This document shows, one piece after another, positions 50,716 through 62,952 of a DNA stretch of 64,000 nt (positions are counted from its first letter, which is position 1; every line of letters starts with the position of its first letter). Origin of the DNA: Arenicellales bacterium (lineage in GTDB: Bacteria; Pseudomonadota; Gammaproteobacteria; Arenicellales; JAHEKD01). The translations under genes and the position numbers were made by a program. The notes below the pieces were generated by a model. That model saw only the letters and a program-made list of their open reading frames with translations. It made no database searches and was not told the origin of the DNA. The DNA lies in the NCBI GenBank assembly GCA_028284225.1, contig JANQSD010000011.1:196333-260332 (forward strand). The letters are read 5' to 3'.

Positions 50716-53034
50716 TTGGCGACGACCAAAGCTAAAAAAGTTACTAAAAGACCTCAAAAAAACGACGCCCCTGTCATCACTCCTAAAATGGTGGTTTTAA
50801 TCAAGGAAGGAATTTTTTATTTCTTGCTGGCGTTAGTGGTTTACTTATTCATGTGCCTGGCTAGTTTTTCACCTAATGATCCAGGCTGGACCCACACGGT
50901 TACAGCAGAGGGTTCACAGGTGCAAAACTGGGGTGGACGATTTGGAGCGCTACTCGCCGATGTTCTTCTGCATGGCTTCGGTAAAATGGCATATTTGTTC
51001 CCACTATTAGTATTAATAGCAGCCTGGAAAATTTACCAAAGCCGAGACCAGGAACCTATCACGCTTAATCAACGTATTTTTGCTTATGTTGGTTTTGTGC
51101 TTATTCTATTAGGCGGTTGCGGCTTGGAGAATCTTCATTCCAGTGGGCCTCAGGGCGTTATTTCCTGGATACCGGGCGGTGTTTTTGGTGATGTCTCGGC
51201 CGGTTTTGCCCGGCCGATGTTTGGTTATATTGGTGCCAGCATTTTTCTTTTGGCTTTGTTGTTAATGGGGATGAGCTGGTTTAGCGGTATTTCCTGGATG
51301 ACTGTCATCGATACTCTGGGTCGCTGGATATGTGCAGTTTACGACTATTGTGTGGTCAAAATACAGGGCTTTTTTGATCGTAAAGCCGGTGAAAAAGCGC
51401 GAGAGAAACGTGAAGTAAGTGTTAAACAAAAGCGTGAAAAGCTCGAAACTAAAGAGCCACCAAAGATTGAACCCAAAGTCATTGCACCAAAGATCAGTGA
51501 ACGCGTAGAGCGGGAAAAACAGGTCAGTCTGTTTAATAAAGATGCGCCATCTGGAGCAATTCCGCCGTTGTCGATTCTTGATCCGCCCGGTGAAAAAACG
51601 TCCGGCTATTCACGTGAATCACTGGAAGCCATGTCGCGCTTGTTGGAGAAGAAATTGCTGGATTTCAATATCGAGGTGCAAGTGGTTGAGGTTCAGCCCG
51701 GACCTGTGATTACTCGATTCGAAATCGATCCGGCTCCTGGTGTAAAAGCCAGTCAGATCACTAACTTGGCTAATGATTTGGCCCGTGCTCTGTCACTGGT
51801 CAGCATCCGTGTGGTTGAAAATATTCCGGGCAAGTCGTTTATCGGAATTGAAATTCCCAACGAAAACCGTGAAATCGTCAATATCGTAGAAGTCTTGTCG
51901 TCTGAAGCGTATGAACAAACACCGTCGCCATTAACCTTGGTTTTAGGTAAGGACATAGGCGGTGAACCGGTGGTTGCAGATTTGGCGAAAATGCCACATT
52001 TATTGATTGCAGGAACGACAGGCTCCGGTAAGTCTGTTTGTGTCAACGCCTTGATTTTAAGCCTGCTTTATAAGGCTTCTCCCGAGCAGGTGCGGTTGAT
52101 TATGGTCGATCCTAAAATGCTGGAGTTGTCGATTTATGAAGGCATTCCGCATTTATTGTGCCCGGTAGTGACCGACATGGAAAAAGCTGCTAATGCACTG
52201 AGGTGGGCTATCTTCGAAATGGAGCGTCGCTATAAATTAATGGCGGCTTTGGGTGTGCGAAATATCCCTGGTTATAACCGTAAAATCAAAGCGGCCTTGG
52301 ATAAAGATCAGCCCATCATGGATCCATTAGTGCCAGAGGGCGAAGAAGCCGAAGAACTCAGGTCATTACCCTATATCGTTGTTGTTATCGATGAATTGGC
52401 AGATTTGATGATGGTAGTGGGTAAAAAAGTTGAGGAACTGATTACTCGGATCGCTCAGAAAGCGCGTGCCGCAGGCATTCATCTGGTTCTAGCTACACAA
52501 AGACCATCGGTTGATGTCATAACCGGTTTAATCAAGGCTAACGTGCCGAGTCGAATTGCATTTCAGGTTTCCTCACGAGTTGATTCGCGCACGGTGCTTG
52601 ATCAAATGGGGGCCGAACAACTGCTGGGCCATGGGGATATGCTCTACCTGGCACCGGGCACGGCTTTGCCGGTACGCGTACACGGTTCGTTTGTTGATGA
52701 CAGCGAGGTCCACAGTGTAGTCAGGTATTTGAAAGAAAACGGCGAAGCAGATTATGATGAAAGTGTGTTACAGGTTTCCCGGATTGAAGGGGAAAAACCC
52801 GTGGCCGGTCTGGATGCAGGTGCAGGGGGAGAAGAAGATCCACTTTATGATGATGCGGTGCGATTTGTGACGGAACGGCAAATGGCATCGATTTCATCGG
52901 TGCAGCGCCAGTTCAGGGTAGGTTATAACAGGGCCGCTAGACTGATCGAAACGATGGAAGAATCCGGTGTGGTCGGACCACCAGAATCAGGTGGTAAACG
53001 CCAGGTGCTGGTTGCACCGCCACCGGAAGTCTGA
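50716..53034 (+). CDS. ftsK: DNA translocase FtsK
   Basis: N-terminal 4TM domain, AGTTGSGKS, VIDELADLM, ATQRPSVDV, gamma domain GYNRAAR. Confidence 0.97.
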   Translation: MATTKAKKVTKRPQKNDAPVITPKMVVLIKEGIFYFLLALVVYLFMCLASFSPNDPGWTHTVTAEGSQVQNWGGRFGALLADVLLHGFGKMAYLFPLLVLIAAWKIYQSRDQEPITLNQRIFAYVGFVLILLGGCGLENLHSSGPQGVISWIPGGVFGDVSAGFARPMFGYIGASIFLLALLLMGMSWFSGISWMTVIDTLGRWICAVYDYCVVKIQGFFDRKAGEKAREKREVSVKQKREKLETKEPPKIEPKVIAPKISERVEREKQVSLFNKDAPSGAIPPLSILDPPGEKTSGYSRESLEAMSRLLEKKLLDFNIEVQVVEVQPGPVITRFEIDPAPGVKASQITNLANDLARALSLVSIRVVENIPGKSFIGIEIPNENREIVNIVEVLSSEAYEQTPSPLTLVLGKDIGGEPVVADLAKMPHLLIAGTTGSGKSVCVNALILSLLYKASPEQVRLIMVDPKMLELSIYEGIPHLLCPVVTDMEKAANALRWAIFEMERRYKLMAALGVRNIPGYNRKIKAALDKDQPIMDPLVPEGEEAEELRSLPYIVVVIDELADLMMVVGKKVEELITRIAQKARAAGIHLVLATQRPSVDVITGLIKANVPSRIAFQVSSRVDSRTVLDQMGAEQLLGHGDMLYLAPGTALPVRVHGSFVDDSEVHSVVRYLKENGEADYDESVLQVSRIEGEKPVAGLDAGAGGEEDPLYDDAVRFVTERQMASISSVQRQFRVGYNRAARLIETMEESGVVGPPESGGKRQVLVAPPPEV

Positions 53035-53050
53035 GGTTTAAGGAGTTTCG

Positions 53051-53692
53051 ATGAAAAAATTTTTATTAATCAATAAGTTATCACTTGGCCTGCTGATGCT
53101 TTTTATTCCCAGCATGAGTCAGGCTAATGCATTATCCAGTCTGGAAAAATTCTATGATACGGTGAATACTTTGCGAGCAGAATTCAGGCAGACGGTTTTC
53201 GACTCGGATCAACAAATCATCGATCAAAGCCGTGGTGCTTTATATATTGCCAGGCCGGGACGCTTCCGTTGGGAATACGCTACACCATTGCCGCAAAATA
53301 TTATCTCTGATGCGAATAAAATTTGGGTGCACGATATCGAATTGGAGCAAGTTACTGTCAGAAACTACCAGCAAACACTGGCCGGAACACCTGCAGAATT
53401 GTTGGCCGGCAATGGTGATATTAGTGAACAATATGAGATTTCCAGCTTAGAGAGCGAAGATGGTTACGAGTGGTTGTTGCTACAACCAAAGGTTGATGAC
53501 ACTCAGTTTCTCGATATTCGCATAGGTTTTGAAGACGGAAAACTAATCACTATGCGTTTAACCGATAGCTTTGAGCGCACAACCCAATTGATATTCGACG
53601 AGTTGCAGGAAAATGCACCTATTAATCTGTCCTTATTCACATTTAATCTGCCCCAGGGCGTTGATGTGATTGATAATACTGAAAATTTTTAA
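53051..53692 (+). CDS. lolA: Outer-membrane lipoprotein chaperone
   Basis: Signal peptide, F.Q.V, RPGRFRWEY, LEQVT, F.F..P.GVDVID; follows ftsK. Confidence 0.93.
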   Translation: MKKFLLINKLSLGLLMLFIPSMSQANALSSLEKFYDTVNTLRAEFRQTVFDSDQQIIDQSRGALYIARPGRFRWEYATPLPQNIISDANKIWVHDIELEQVTVRNYQQTLAGTPAELLAGNGDISEQYEISSLESEDGYEWLLLQPKVDDTQFLDIRIGFEDGKLITMRLTDSFERTTQLIFDELQENAPINLSLFTFNLPQGVDVIDNTENF

Positions 53693-53703
53693 CACATCAG
53701 AGT

Positions 53704-55005
53704 CTGAAAGCACCGACTAACAATTCATTTGCGCCGCTTGCTGATCGTATCAGGCCGACTCGTTTAGAGGATATAGTTGGGCAGGATCAGTTATTGGGGC
53801 AGGGCAAACCGCTAAAACAATTATTAGAAGCAGGCAAGATTCATTCGCTGGTTTTATGGGGGCCGTCAGGCACAGGTAAAACAACACTGGCCAGGTTGAT
53901 GGCAGGTTATGTTGATGCTGACTGGATTCCGGTATCGGCAGTTCAATCAGGTATTAAGGACATACGTGAAGCGGTGAGCGTTGCTCATGATAACCGTGCT
54001 CTATCCCGCAAGACAGTTGTTTTTGTCGATGAGGTACACCGATTTAATAAAGCTCAGCAAGATGCTTTTTTGCCTTATATCGAAGATGCCACAATTATTT
54101 TTATAGGTGCAACTACAGAAAACCCTTCATTTGAGCTCAATAGCGCCTTGTTATCTCGATGTCGTGTATTCATTTTAAAACCAATTACACATGAAGATTT
54201 ATTAACGCTAATTGATAGAGGGTTGACGGATTTAGACAGACGCTATCCTGATTTAACAGTTGCAGATAAGGTTAAAGCATTAATTGCTGATTTGGCTGAT
54301 GGTGATGCACGTCGAGCCTTGAATTTGCTTGAAATTAGCATCGATTCATTGGCAGCTGACGATAGGGAATTAACTGATTATCATGTTCTGCAAGCAGCGG
54401 GTTCGAAGCTACAATCCTATGACAAAGGTGGCGATCAGTTTTATCAACAAATCTCAGCGTTTCATAAATCTGTACGTGGTTCTGACCCGGATGCCAGTCT
54501 TTACTGGATGGCTAGAATGATCAGCGCCGGTTGCGATCCGTTTTATATCGCCAGACGCTTGACAGTTATTGCCAGTGAAGATATTGGCAACGCCGACCCC
54601 AGGGCCTTGACTGTGGCCGTTGACGCCTGGGAAGCGCTCAGGCGGCTTGGCCAGCCGGAAGGGGAACTTGCGTTGGCACAAGCAACCACTTATTTAGCCA
54701 GTGCACCTAAGAGTAATGCGTCTTACAAGGCGTATAAATTGGCCAAGGATGATGCCCGCCGTACACCGGTTGCGCAAGTGCCTGTGCACTTGCGCAATGC
54801 AACCACATCGTTGCAAAAAAATCTGGGTTATAAACAAGATTATCATTATGCTCATGATGATCCCCAAGGATATAGTCCGGGACAAAACTATTTCCCTGAT
54901 GAGTTATCGAAACAGCAATACTATTATCCGGTTAATCGTGGTCTTGAAAGTAAAATTCGTCAACGACTGGATTATTTGAAACAACTGGATCAAGAAAAGA
55001 CATAA
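53704..55005 (+). CDS. rarA: Replication-associated recombination protein A (start uncertain)
   Basis: In-frame APLADRIRP..LEDIVGQ upstream of the track's start, WGPSGTGKTT, DEVHRFNKAQQD, GATTENPSF, SEDIGNADP. Confidence 0.93.
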   Translation: MKAPTNNSFAPLADRIRPTRLEDIVGQDQLLGQGKPLKQLLEAGKIHSLVLWGPSGTGKTTLARLMAGYVDADWIPVSAVQSGIKDIREAVSVAHDNRALSRKTVVFVDEVHRFNKAQQDAFLPYIEDATIIFIGATTENPSFELNSALLSRCRVFILKPITHEDLLTLIDRGLTDLDRRYPDLTVADKVKALIADLADGDARRALNLLEISIDSLAADDRELTDYHVLQAAGSKLQSYDKGGDQFYQQISAFHKSVRGSDPDASLYWMARMISAGCDPFYIARRLTVIASEDIGNADPRALTVAVDAWEALRRLGQPEGELALAQATTYLASAPKSNASYKAYKLAKDDARRTPVAQVPVHLRNATTSLQKNLGYKQDYHYAHDDPQGYSPGQNYFPDELSKQQYYYPVNRGLESKIRQRLDYLKQLDQEKT

Positions 55006-55007
55006 AA

Positions 55008-56649
<1,642 letters not shown>

Positions 56650-56922
56650 TTATATGTTAAATTGAAGTCTTAGTCGGTAGGTAGCTGAGTTAAAAGCAAG
56701 ATCCTGATAATAATATATGTATAAAGGATCATTAAAATTATTAATTTAATATCAGTTTAGGCGGGAAATTTTTGACGAAAGGGTTGAATAGATAGATTTT
56801 GTGATAATGTTAAATTTGATTATTAATCATGCACAAACTATTGTATAAACTATATTTTTGGCTCAAATTATGTCAAAATCAAATCAATAATTCGGTTATG
56901 TAGGAAGCTGGGTGTACTAGAG

Positions 56923-58395
56923 ATGTTAAATAGAAGAAATTTACTATTGAGTTCACTCGTATCGATAGCGCTTTTTTCTGCGTCTTCAGCGCAGGCGAGG
57001 TACGAGAATGACGTAAGATTGAGCACTTTGTTGGAGTCAGCAATACCTGAATTTGTTTACCCTAAGGACTATACAGGCGATACATCAGAGCAGCCTGAAC
57101 TAGAAGAAGAAATCAAGATATATTTTCAGCAAGGCTATCATCCAGTCTCTGTGTTATTTTATGCCATGCGCAATGGCATGGGAGCGAATGAAGTCATTGA
57201 TATTGCAGAAGCTGCAGGGCTTGTGAGAGAGCATCTTGAGGGTGCTCGTTCAGGGTTAGAAGCGGTCTTGCCAGGTGGCGTATGCGGTACCAGTTATTTT
57301 ATTAAGGACCCCACCGCTGCCCCAGGGTCTTATTCACTGACAAGCCTCAAACAAGAATTGAAAGATGCAGCTAATGATGGCTCTGGCGGCGGCCACGAAG
57401 AGCCGGCATTAGCCGATCTTTTGAGCAAATATTTTGACGATGAGGATATTATTTCAATCAATCAGGATGATCCTAATCTTCATCAAGTTCATAATTCCGA
57501 CTGGGCGGATACAACCGGTAGTATCCCGTCCGGTGGAGTGCCGGATAATGTCGAAGATTTTATTAATTCCGGCATTCCTGCACACCTGCATGCCTCAGCT
57601 GATGAATTACTGGCTTTAGTTGAGCAATCTAATGATTACTGGTTTTTTGATGATTCGCCAATCCCGCAAGGAAAAATAAATTCTGAAAGCCTGAATGCTA
57701 ATGCACCGATTATGATTTCGTTATATACAGATCAGCAGCAGGCTGTTGTAGCACCCGGCCAGATTGATCGTATCAACCAAGCCAAACTGGATAACGCCCG
57801 ATTACCGGTATTGTTGTTCTATAGCAGTGCAAACTTGCGGCCGTTAAGTCAGATTTCGAAAAAAATCGGTTTTCCCGAGTTAGCTAATGCATACATTAGA
57901 AATGGTGTAAAGGTATCGCCTGTACCTAGTTGGGAAGAAGGAAATTACCATACTCAGGCGACAGCTCAGCAGCTTAAAGATTTATTCGAACTTCCGGCCA
58001 AAGAAGACATTCCGGAAGAGCGCTATACCAAAGCCTTGAGCACTATCGATAATGGTCGACCCATACAGGTAGCCCTTGTAGGCGGCAAGATGTTTTTAGG
58101 TGACCCGGATCGTGCTGTGGCTATGGCAGAGGATGGTGGCTATGGTTTGATTCCGCTTAATATCAGTTATGTTGACCTGGAACCAAGCGAGAATAACTTT
58201 AGCATCTGCGAAGGTGCATTTCCATTCGCGGGAGCTGGATTAGGAGGCATAGGGGGGCCAACACCGAGCGGTGTGGTTTGTGAACCTGAAACACGCACTA
58301 TAAGGACTCCTAGAACGATTAGAAGGGAATCACCGACACGTAGAATTACAGTCTTTGATGAGACTGTTGTAACGATTCCGTGTCCGATAAACTAA
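56923..58395 (+). CDS. Exported protein of unknown function with a twin-arginine-like signal, first gene of the EPS locus
   Basis: MLNRRNLL + hydrophobic stretch + AQA; acidic body; Gly-rich linker and Arg/Thr-rich tail. Confidence 0.75.
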   Translation: MLNRRNLLLSSLVSIALFSASSAQARYENDVRLSTLLESAIPEFVYPKDYTGDTSEQPELEEEIKIYFQQGYHPVSVLFYAMRNGMGANEVIDIAEAAGLVREHLEGARSGLEAVLPGGVCGTSYFIKDPTAAPGSYSLTSLKQELKDAANDGSGGGHEEPALADLLSKYFDDEDIISINQDDPNLHQVHNSDWADTTGSIPSGGVPDNVEDFINSGIPAHLHASADELLALVEQSNDYWFFDDSPIPQGKINSESLNANAPIMISLYTDQQQAVVAPGQIDRINQAKLDNARLPVLLFYSSANLRPLSQISKKIGFPELANAYIRNGVKVSPVPSWEEGNYHTQATAQQLKDLFELPAKEDIPEERYTKALSTIDNGRPIQVALVGGKMFLGDPDRAVAMAEDGGYGLIPLNISYVDLEPSENNFSICEGAFPFAGAGLGGIGGPTPSGVVCEPETRTIRTPRTIRRESPTRRITVFDETVVTIPCPIN

Positions 58396-58435
58396 ATGAT
58401 TATGTTGATGTTTACATAAGTTTAATGCGTAGGGT

Positions 58436-59887
58436 ATGAGTATGGTTCATAAAAGAAATCTCCAAATTTTGCTGGGTTCGATTGTTGTTGTTGGTGTTAT
58501 GAACGTGAGTTATGCACAATTTGCCACCGCACCGCAAGCGGAACCCACATTCTCAGCATCTCCCGTTAAAACTGTTCCCAAGGTCAGCACTTTCGGCGTT
58601 CCTATTGGTGTTGTCACTCAGGAACGTTTGAATGAGCCGATTGCAGTACAACGTGTGCGCTGTGGGCAGGAAGACGCATGTTTCAGGGGCAATGAACCAG
58701 AGTCAGAAATTTCTCAGGATGATCAGGTTGAGTCCAGGGCGATTGATCCAAGCACGGTGGATGATGGGCTTTATGCCTCATTATCCTTGGGTTATACCCA
58801 TCATGACAATATTGAGCGCTCTGCTACCAATGAAGAAGAGGAAGACGGGTTAGGTTTTGGTTTAGGGTTACTTTATCGTAATCGTGTGGATAGATTGTCA
58901 TACCAGGTTGGTGGACAAACTTCAGCAGTGGCATTTGATGACAATGATAATAATGATTTTGACCGTTATTCAGTATCGGCCGGATTATTGTACGAATTGA
59001 CTGAGATTATCGACCTCGGATTACATGCGGGTTATACCAAGGCTAATGAGGAGCGAAATGCCAGTGGTAGTCGTATCGTCAGAGATGGTTCAGAAACGGA
59101 TGAGTTTGAGAGTCAAATTGTCGGCGGGCAAATTACAATTGGCCGTCCGCAGAGTCGGTTTCAATTTGCATTAGCGGCTTCTCATTCAGAGAATGATTTT
59201 ACTCTGAAGGATCCTGTCGATATAGCATCAGGCGCTATTGATTTGCGTGACCGCGATTATGATCATATTAGCGGTACTGTCTTTTACAACACAGAAGGAC
59301 CAATACGATATTTTCTCGAAGCTAATCTAACGGATATCGACTACGATGTTGATACTATTCGGAATCTTGATAGTGAGGAAACAGGTTATTATGTCGGTGC
59401 CTTGTGGGCTATTAGCCAGATCACAGCCGCCGAAGTTAAAGTTGGCCAGTTAGATAAGGATTTTGAAGACCCGGCACTGGATGATGTAGATGAAACGTCA
59501 TATTCAGCTAAATTACGCTGGCAGCCTACACATCGTGCCTCGTTTACTTTCTATGGCTCAGAACGCTTTGAAGAGACAACCGAAATTGCTTCGACTTTTT
59601 TTGAATCCAGGGTGTTAGGTGTAAATCTCGCCTATCAAGTATTACCTCAGAAACTTGATTTATTAGCCTACTATAACCGTATTGATGATGACTATAGCTC
59701 GGGCCGTGAGGATGAAACGGATGATTATGGCATAGGTCTTATCTATCATCTCAGAAGGTGGTTAGGTATCGGATTTAGATATGGTCATGCAGAGAGAGAT
59801 TCAACGCGTGCGGATGCGAACTATGACGACGATTACTATGATATTTTCATTCAGTTAAATGCTGGAAAATCTATAAAACTATTCTAA
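58436..59887 (+). CDS. Outer-membrane beta-barrel associated with polysaccharide export (BBP2-like)
   Basis: Signal peptide, alternating amphipathic strands, Y..HDNI motif, terminal Phe; adjacent to OPX and Wzc. Confidence 0.8.
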   Translation: MSMVHKRNLQILLGSIVVVGVMNVSYAQFATAPQAEPTFSASPVKTVPKVSTFGVPIGVVTQERLNEPIAVQRVRCGQEDACFRGNEPESEISQDDQVESRAIDPSTVDDGLYASLSLGYTHHDNIERSATNEEEEDGLGFGLGLLYRNRVDRLSYQVGGQTSAVAFDDNDNNDFDRYSVSAGLLYELTEIIDLGLHAGYTKANEERNASGSRIVRDGSETDEFESQIVGGQITIGRPQSRFQFALAASHSENDFTLKDPVDIASGAIDLRDRDYDHISGTVFYNTEGPIRYFLEANLTDIDYDVDTIRNLDSEETGYYVGALWAISQITAAEVKVGQLDKDFEDPALDDVDETSYSAKLRWQPTHRASFTFYGSERFEETTEIASTFFESRVLGVNLAYQVLPQKLDLLAYYNRIDDDYSSGREDETDDYGIGLIYHLRRWLGIGFRYGHAERDSTRADANYDDDYYDIFIQLNAGKSIKLF

Positions 59888-59963
59888 ATTTACATTGTAG
59901 TAGTCATCTAATAGTTTATTTTTGTAACCTGTGACTGAGTGATCATTTTGTCACTCTTAGAAT

Positions 59964-60755
59964 TTGGTGATGATTGTCAATATCCATAAGTTTATTACTT
60001 TATTTTTGTTGTTATTCTATGGCTGCGTGACGCTGGCACAGAATGACCTGGAGCAAACAGATTTAACCGGTGGTGACGAGTATAGACTGTCCCCAGGTGA
60101 TATTGTTTCTGTGACGGTATTTGGAGAACCTGATATTAGTGTTGGAAGTATGCGGGTACCACTTTCAGGGATTTATAACTATCCTTTGATTGGTGAACTG
60201 AAACTAACCGACGAGACCACAGCTACTTTAGCTAAAGAACTGGAATCAAGGCTACGAGCAGGATTTCTCTCCGACCCCAAAGTTTCAGTTAACATCGTTC
60301 AGTATCGACCGGTAATCATTACCGGCTCAGTGGATAGTGCTGGAACCATTAACTATCAAGAAGGAATGACGGTTAGGATTTTATCCGCACTTGCACAGGT
60401 TGCTACAAACTCCATTGATATGGACAGTATTGAAATACAACGTGGATCATCGACCTTTAATCCGGAGAATCTTGATTCGATTATTCTTCCCGGAGATATC
60501 GTCTCTTACAATCTTGTTAATAATAAAGGTGATTATTACTATATTTATGGCGAGGTTAATCGTTCGGGTAAATATGAATTTGAAGATGGTCTAACGATTG
60601 AGCAGGCGATTATCGTGGCTGGGGGATATACCCCATTCGCTTCAAAACGCAACATTAGGGTGAGGCATAGCGGGGCAGAAGATACGATTAAAACTAAACT
60701 TCACGAACTTGTTGAAGCCGGAGATGTGATTACCATAAAGAAACGCTGGTTCTGA
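59964..60755 (+). CDS. Polysaccharide export OPX (Wza-like) protein with Poly_export and SLBB domains
   Basis: YRLSPGD.VSVTVFGEPD, YPLIGE, P.VSVNIVQYRP, GEVNRSG.Y...GLT...I..AGG, GDVITI. Confidence 0.9.
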   Translation: MVMIVNIHKFITLFLLLFYGCVTLAQNDLEQTDLTGGDEYRLSPGDIVSVTVFGEPDISVGSMRVPLSGIYNYPLIGELKLTDETTATLAKELESRLRAGFLSDPKVSVNIVQYRPVIITGSVDSAGTINYQEGMTVRILSALAQVATNSIDMDSIEIQRGSSTFNPENLDSIILPGDIVSYNLVNNKGDYYYIYGEVNRSGKYEFEDGLTIEQAIIVAGGYTPFASKRNIRVRHSGAEDTIKTKLHELVEAGDVITIKKRWF

Positions 60756-60795
60756 CTCGGATTTAATCAAGTTTAAAACTATTACGAATATTTGA

Positions 60796-62931
60796 ATGAA
60801 CAAAAGCTATCATTTTAACGAAGGACCGGGAGAGGGATCTAACCTGTCTCAGTTATCAGCGATATTTGATAGAGAAGAAGCGTCTGGCCAGGCCGGCCAT
60901 TTTCTGGCTAATCTAGGTTATGCACTAAAGAAATTTAAATACCTGATTATTTTCAGCACCATACTGTTTACTTTTTTGGGCTGGTATAACACAGCTAAAA
61001 AACCAATTCTCTATCGTTCCAGTTTGACTTTGATTAATGAGCCTGATCTAAACTCCGGAGTGGCCGGCAGTGATGGTGCACGTTTTCTGGTCTATTTAAC
61101 ACAACACTATTATCAAACCCAATTCGAAATATTAACCAGCAAGAAGCTGGCGGAAAAAGTAGCCGAGAGAATTATTGCTGATGATATCAGTGTTCCAACT
61201 GAGGCCACTACTCATTTAAAGCAATCCCCGCTTTATGAATGGGTGGGAGAACTAAAAGCCCGACTTAAATCCATTATTAACCGTATTTCCTCCAGTTTTC
61301 GCGGCTCAGACATCCCAACGGAGAGTCAGCAAGTTGATGCGGTTCCTGTTACTCAGGAGAACAGATTAGTTCGTCGATATACAAGTTTGGTCAAGTCAGG
61401 ATTAAGGGTTTCTGGAGGAACTCGAAGTCAATTACTAACGTTGTCATTTGTTTCGACTGATCGTGTATTCGCTGCTGAAATACTGAATTTAATTGCCAGT
61501 GTTTATCAAAATTATGTTTTGGAGTCAAAGCAGCAGGTTAATCAAACAACCTTGGGATGGTTAGTTAACCAGCTAGAAGCTGCTAAAAGTGAGCTTTTGG
61601 ACTCGGAAAAACGCTTGATTGACTTTCAAAAACAGGTACAGCTCACCAGTGCCATGAGTATTGAAAACCAAAATAATGCTAATCTCAGTGATCTAAGCCG
61701 CCAATATAACCAGGCAAAACTTAATTATGATGAGTTATTAGCACGTTATGGTTCAAAACACCCAGAAGTAAGAAAAGCTTTTATTGAATTAAATTCGTTA
61801 AAGAGAACTCTGGACAACACAGCAGGTGAAAATTTAGACAGCCAGGACTCTGTTTTTGAACTGGCTAAATTGGAAAAAGAAGTAGAAACAAACCGAGATT
61901 TATATTTGAACTATCTGGCCAGGTTCAAAGGCTTTAATATCTCAGGCGACCAAAATGTTAATACTATCAAGGTACTTGATAAAGCTGAGGTTCCGGGAGC
62001 CCCCTTTTCGCCTAACCTGCAAAGAGGAATATTGCTTTGGGGTTTGTTCGGTGTGCTGTTAGGTGTGATTTTGTCCTTGTTACTCTCATTTCTTGATAGG
62101 ACTTATAAAACAGTCGAAGATATAGAGCACAAGCTGAGATTGCCGGTGCTGGGTCAATTACCGTTTTTATCTAATAAAGTATTATCAGCATTGATTTCTG
62201 GCAAAAAAAATATTTCTGACCCTGAGATTTATTACACATCCAATACGAAATCAATTTTTTCAGAAGCCATAAATCATATTCGTACCAACTTACTGTTTTC
62301 CAAGATTGACAAGCAACCGCAAACAATACTTATTACATCTTCTGTCCAGGCCGAAGGGAAAACTACTGTAGCGACTAATTTGGCATTTTCACTTTCGAAA
62401 ATTGATCAAACTATTTTGATCGACGCTGATTTACGCAAGCCGCGTATTGCCAATGTTTTTCAATCAGATTTGCCTGAAGAGGAAGCTAAAGGACTAGTTG
62501 ATTATCTTGCCGGGCTAGCAACATTTGATGAGGCGTCTTATCAGCATTCAACCTTTAATCAATTGACAATATTACCTTCGGGAACAATTCCACCGAACCC
62601 TCAGGAATTGTTGGCAAGTTTCAAGTTCAAGGAATTCCTGGATGAATTAAAGCCGAAGTATAAATTTATTGTCATCGATACCGCACCTGTTTTGCCGGTT
62701 AGTGACTCACTTGTACTGGGAAAACTTGTTGATGTATTGCTGGTAGCGGTTAAGGCCGGATCAACAACTATTAAAATGACCCGGGAAACAATCAAGCGAT
62801 TAAATATTGCCAGAGTCTATCCGACTGGACTTGTGCTCACACAGCTCGATAAGCCTAATAAAGCATATGGCAAACATGGCTTGAATTATTATTATTCTTA
62901 CTATGGAAATGAAGTAAAAAAGTCTGCCTGA
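60796..62931 (+). CDS. wzc: Polysaccharide co-polymerase/tyrosine autokinase
   Basis: Two TMs flanking a coiled coil with KHPEV, AEGKTT, IDADLRKP, VIDTAP, C-terminal YYYSYY cluster. Confidence 0.93.
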   Translation: MNKSYHFNEGPGEGSNLSQLSAIFDREEASGQAGHFLANLGYALKKFKYLIIFSTILFTFLGWYNTAKKPILYRSSLTLINEPDLNSGVAGSDGARFLVYLTQHYYQTQFEILTSKKLAEKVAERIIADDISVPTEATTHLKQSPLYEWVGELKARLKSIINRISSSFRGSDIPTESQQVDAVPVTQENRLVRRYTSLVKSGLRVSGGTRSQLLTLSFVSTDRVFAAEILNLIASVYQNYVLESKQQVNQTTLGWLVNQLEAAKSELLDSEKRLIDFQKQVQLTSAMSIENQNNANLSDLSRQYNQAKLNYDELLARYGSKHPEVRKAFIELNSLKRTLDNTAGENLDSQDSVFELAKLEKEVETNRDLYLNYLARFKGFNISGDQNVNTIKVLDKAEVPGAPFSPNLQRGILLWGLFGVLLGVILSLLLSFLDRTYKTVEDIEHKLRLPVLGQLPFLSNKVLSALISGKKNISDPEIYYTSNTKSIFSEAINHIRTNLLFSKIDKQPQTILITSSVQAEGKTTVATNLAFSLSKIDQTILIDADLRKPRIANVFQSDLPEEEAKGLVDYLAGLATFDEASYQHSTFNQLTILPSGTIPPNPQELLASFKFKEFLDELKPKYKFIVIDTAPVLPVSDSLVLGKLVDVLLVAVKAGSTTIKMTRETIKRLNIARVYPTGLVLTQLDKPNKAYGKHGLNYYYSYYGNEVKKSA

Positions 62932-62952
62932 TACCGATAAGGCATTATAGAG

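Noticed and set aside
56670-56700. ops/JUMPstart element upstream of the EPS locus
   Set aside because: GGTAGGTAGCTG only partly resembles it; the GGCGGTAG core is absent.
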